Assembly (NCBI RefSeq): GCF_000281045.1
Contig: NW_008246081.1
Location: 241,838-305,837 of the forward strand
From: Saprolegnia diclina VS20
Lineage: Eukaryota
Direction: 5' to 3'
DNA length: 64,000 bases
Shown: positions 62,449 through 64,000 of the stretch, one piece after another
Numbering within the stretch: position 1 is the first letter of the stretch
Layout of the letters: every line of letters begins with the position of its first letter
Made by a program: the position numbers and the translations under genes
Notes under the pieces: model-generated
Database searches by the model: none
Seen by the model: the letters and a program-made list of their open reading frames with translations, nothing else
Told to the model about the DNA's origin: nothing

Positions 62449-64000
62449 ATGGCAGCACTCTTTGGGCCGCTGCCGTCCGTGAACCGCGACGCGTTCCGCT
62501 GGATCCCGGACAAGGAGGCCGAGAAGTGCATGAACTGCAACTCCGAGTTCACAGTCTTCAACCGCAAGGTACGTGCTCGCCAGCATCCCACGCGACCTCA
62601 TGCACGCGCAGCACCACTGCCGCCGCTGCGGCCACGTCGTGTGCAAGAACTGCTCACCCAACATTCGCCGCGTATCGCCACAAGACCCATTCGTACGAAG
62701 CACCATCGATCGCGGTGCATTGGCTCATACGCGTGTGTCTGCGTAGCCCGTGCGCGTCTGCAACCCGTGCTACACGGCCGTCGACGAGCACTTCACATCG
62801 CTCGAGTGGTCGGGCCACACGACGACCGAGGTACTGTGCCCATCCATCTTGCATGTGGCACTCATGGTCGCGTCACTGGACCTTAGGCAGAGCGCAGCCC
62901 CGACCCCGTCGCGAACGGTCGCGTGCACATTGGGCAGCTGTACGTCAAGGTCGTTGAAGCCATCGGCCTTCCGTCAACCGACTCGATCGCCAACTCAATC
63001 ACAAGCGATCCGTTTGTCAAGGTCATTCTCACTGGTCGCTGGTCCCACGGACAGGTAGGACCTCGTGTTTTGCGAAATCATCTCACGACGGTCGCAGGAG
63101 TGGGGCACCGACTTGCAGTCGATTCGACTCACGAAGCGCAAGTCGCGCACGCTCAACCCGCGCTGGCACGAGACCTTTGTCTTCAACGTCTGCGCGCCGG
63201 GTGCCGAGCTCGTCCTCGAGGTCTACAACAGCGGACAACTCGGGCAGCCCACAAAGCTCGGACAGGCGGTCGTGCCGCTGAGCATCCTCATGGACCAGCG
63301 CCGGCACAACAAGTGGCTCGACTTGCTTCTGCCTCAGGGACTGTACCGCGAAGGCCTCAACAACGACGCGCGCGCGGGCCGCATTCACGTTCTGTTGCAC
63401 TACAAGTTTGCGCGCGCCGCCGAGTTTGTCTCGCATTTCGCGCCCGAGCAGCCGTACGAAGCGCCGTGGCCCGCGTTCAAGGCAGCGACGCTCTACTCGA
63501 ACTTTTGGCTGCTCCTCGACGACCTCTGGCCGTACCTCGAGGTGCTCTGGGCCATCTCGCCGACGCTCAACTGGGAGCACCCGAGCAGAACGTGCTTTTG
63601 GCTCGCCCTCGTCGTCTGGATGTGCGTCTACATACGGTGGGTGCCCGTGCTACTGCACCTCTTCCTCATCGGCCTCGTGCTGCGCAACCACTTTGACATG
63701 ACGGTCAAGATCCAGCCATCGGAAGCTCCGATCTCGTCGGTCGTGACCCCGCCCAGCTTTAACACAGCGCCGAGCCTCGAGCCGAGCAGCAGCAGCAGCA
63801 ACCTCCTCGACGGCCAAGCGCGCGTGTACAACTTGCCCCAGGGCTTTCACCACATCACGGACAAGATGACGCGCCTCACGACGGACGCCGAGACGCGGCA
63901 CACGCTGCAGAACGTCCAGAACAACATGGCGTGGTGGTCGGGCGTCATCAAGTCGATCGAGCTTTTGTTTTCGTGGGAGGACTTTTTCTACACGGGGTAT
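62449..64000 (+). CDS. FYVE + C2 + TM protein, second copy (runs off the window end)
   Basis: Near-identical to 57922-59473. Confidence 0.85.

Larger units (their letters stand above)
61457..64000. repeat. Near-identical copy of 56929-59473 (5' part of the C69 gene, divergent promoter, 5' part of the FYVE-C2 gene)
   Basis: Offset 4528, then 4527 after a 1-bp indel; only scattered SNPs; begins right after a 100-N gap. Confidence 0.97.

Overview
Gene-dense, GC-rich eukaryotic DNA with very short (about 34-52 nt) GT-AG introns and five N-gaps. Gene content and structure suggest an oomycete, probably Saprolegnia-like (inference). About 30 protein-coding genes are supportable. Housekeeping genes include MCCC2, MPC1, DIM1, mitochondrial uL11, Mis12, an ABCB10-like transporter, SNRNP40, cactin, FAM136A, an importin-13/transportin-SR-like protein and a DHHC protein. 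There are tandem pairs of S10 carboxypeptidases and of GH30+ricin hydrolases. The last 2.5 kb is a near-identical copy of 56.9-59.5 kb. The most notable items came from manually splicing exons that the ORF track splits: (1) one gene fusing a bacterial-type DUF1853 domain, an intact DEDDy 3'-5' exonuclease and a YbaK/ProX tRNA-editing domain, a candidate tRNA/RNA 3'-end quality-control enzyme; (2) a probable FANCA homolog; (3) a SPOC-like + CID + SET-like fusion; (4) an EF-hand + E2-variant fusion; (5) a pseudokinase sharing an N-terminal exon with an orphan gene 15 kb away; (6) a recurrent intergenic TATCCGGAT motif. All family assignments come from motif recognition by eye, with no database search. 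Exon boundaries are manual and approximate.
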